Assembly: GCA_051294375.1 (NCBI GenBank) | Contig: CM119270.1 | Span: 10,026,984 to 10,090,983, forward strand | DNA from: Paraspadella gotoi | Lineage: Eukaryota > Animalia > Chaetognatha | Reading direction: 5' to 3' | DNA: 64,000 nt | Part shown: one piece after another, positions 63,666-64,000 of the stretch | Numbering within the stretch: position 1 is the first letter of the stretch | How the letters are laid out: every line of letters starts with the position of its first letter | Position numbers and translations under genes: made by a program | The notes under the pieces: model-generated | The model's input: the letters and a program-made list of their open reading frames with translations, nothing else | Databases searched by the model: none | Told to the model about the DNA's origin: nothing

Positions 63666-63976
63666 AAAGAAGAAAAAAGAAGGTAATAAATAGGTAAAAA
63701 ATCATATATCAATAAATAAGTTAATAAATAGTTCAATTTTAAATAAATAAACGATTTTAAAAATAAATTTTAAATAGGAAATAGAGGAAGAAAGTATAAA
63801 AGAAACTTACTCAAAATCCCACCCCTCCCTTACCGCAGGAGAGGCTTCACGACAAAATCACGCAGCTCAACGTGTTGATGGAGCGCCAGCGCGAAGACCT
63901 CAAGGACCGCGACGTGGCTTTGTCAGCCGCCAACATGCAGCTCGCGGCAATGGGCGTGGAGAAGAGCGACGCTGTG
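60410..63976 (+). CDS. CROCC: Rootletin/CROCC-family ciliary rootlet coiled-coil protein, 5' part (continues past the window). Exons: 60410-60514, 60920-61040, 61190-61386, 61480-61558, 61905-62074, 62704-62823, 62945-63040, 63154-63212, 63344-63482, 63839-63976
   Basis: All introns are GT-AG and phase-compatible. Spliced protein: LEEEHCSYKRKLQAYQDSQQRQATLVQKLQDKVLQYKRKCSELEQ...DLESAIIHLEEERHRNASLIHVNAMLREQLDQATAANQALTADIAKLTADWQHTREELEAKEAEWQKEEESFNNFFSQEHSRLLSLWREVVSFRRQFGEMKAANETDL, the rootletin N-terminal domain. The first two exons are less certain. Confidence 0.9.
63572..63667. repeat. (GAAA)n microsatellite in a rootletin intron
   Basis: Directly visible. Confidence 0.95.
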
Positions 63977-64000
63977 GTGAGTGGTGTGGGGGCGTCTGTG

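Overview
AT-rich, repeat-dense animal genomic DNA with spliceosomal introns, many (AG)n microsatellites, several N gaps and indel-rich stretches. There are no operons, rRNA or CRISPR, and most of the ORF track is microsatellite noise. The only clearly identifiable host gene is the 5' part of a multi-exon rootletin/CROCC-like gene (+ strand, about 60.4 kb to the window end). The rest is mostly mobile DNA. (1) A near-intact CsRn1-clade Ty3/Gypsy retrotransposon (4487-10736, minus strand) with a -1 frameshift signal, inserted into a 5'-truncated Penelope-like element (PLE) encoding a GIY-YIG endonuclease. (2) Further PLE pieces carrying minimal type-I hammerhead ribozymes, including a fold-back copy with inverted ends and one fragment inside a hAT MITE. 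(3) A frameshifted C-terminal remnant of a gB-like/chuvirus-type envelope glycoprotein (18.9-19.8 kb). (4) Two related solo LTRs, a Kolobok-like element, DINE-1/Helentron-like repeats, and a tRNA-like cassette inside short TIRs. A ~10 kb tandem duplication (28.2-38.3 vs 38.7-48.9 kb) is probably an assembly artefact. Best leads: the viral-type envelope remnant, and the ribozyme-bearing PLE family whose endonuclease has a long C-terminal tail with a codon-conserved PIP-box-like motif.
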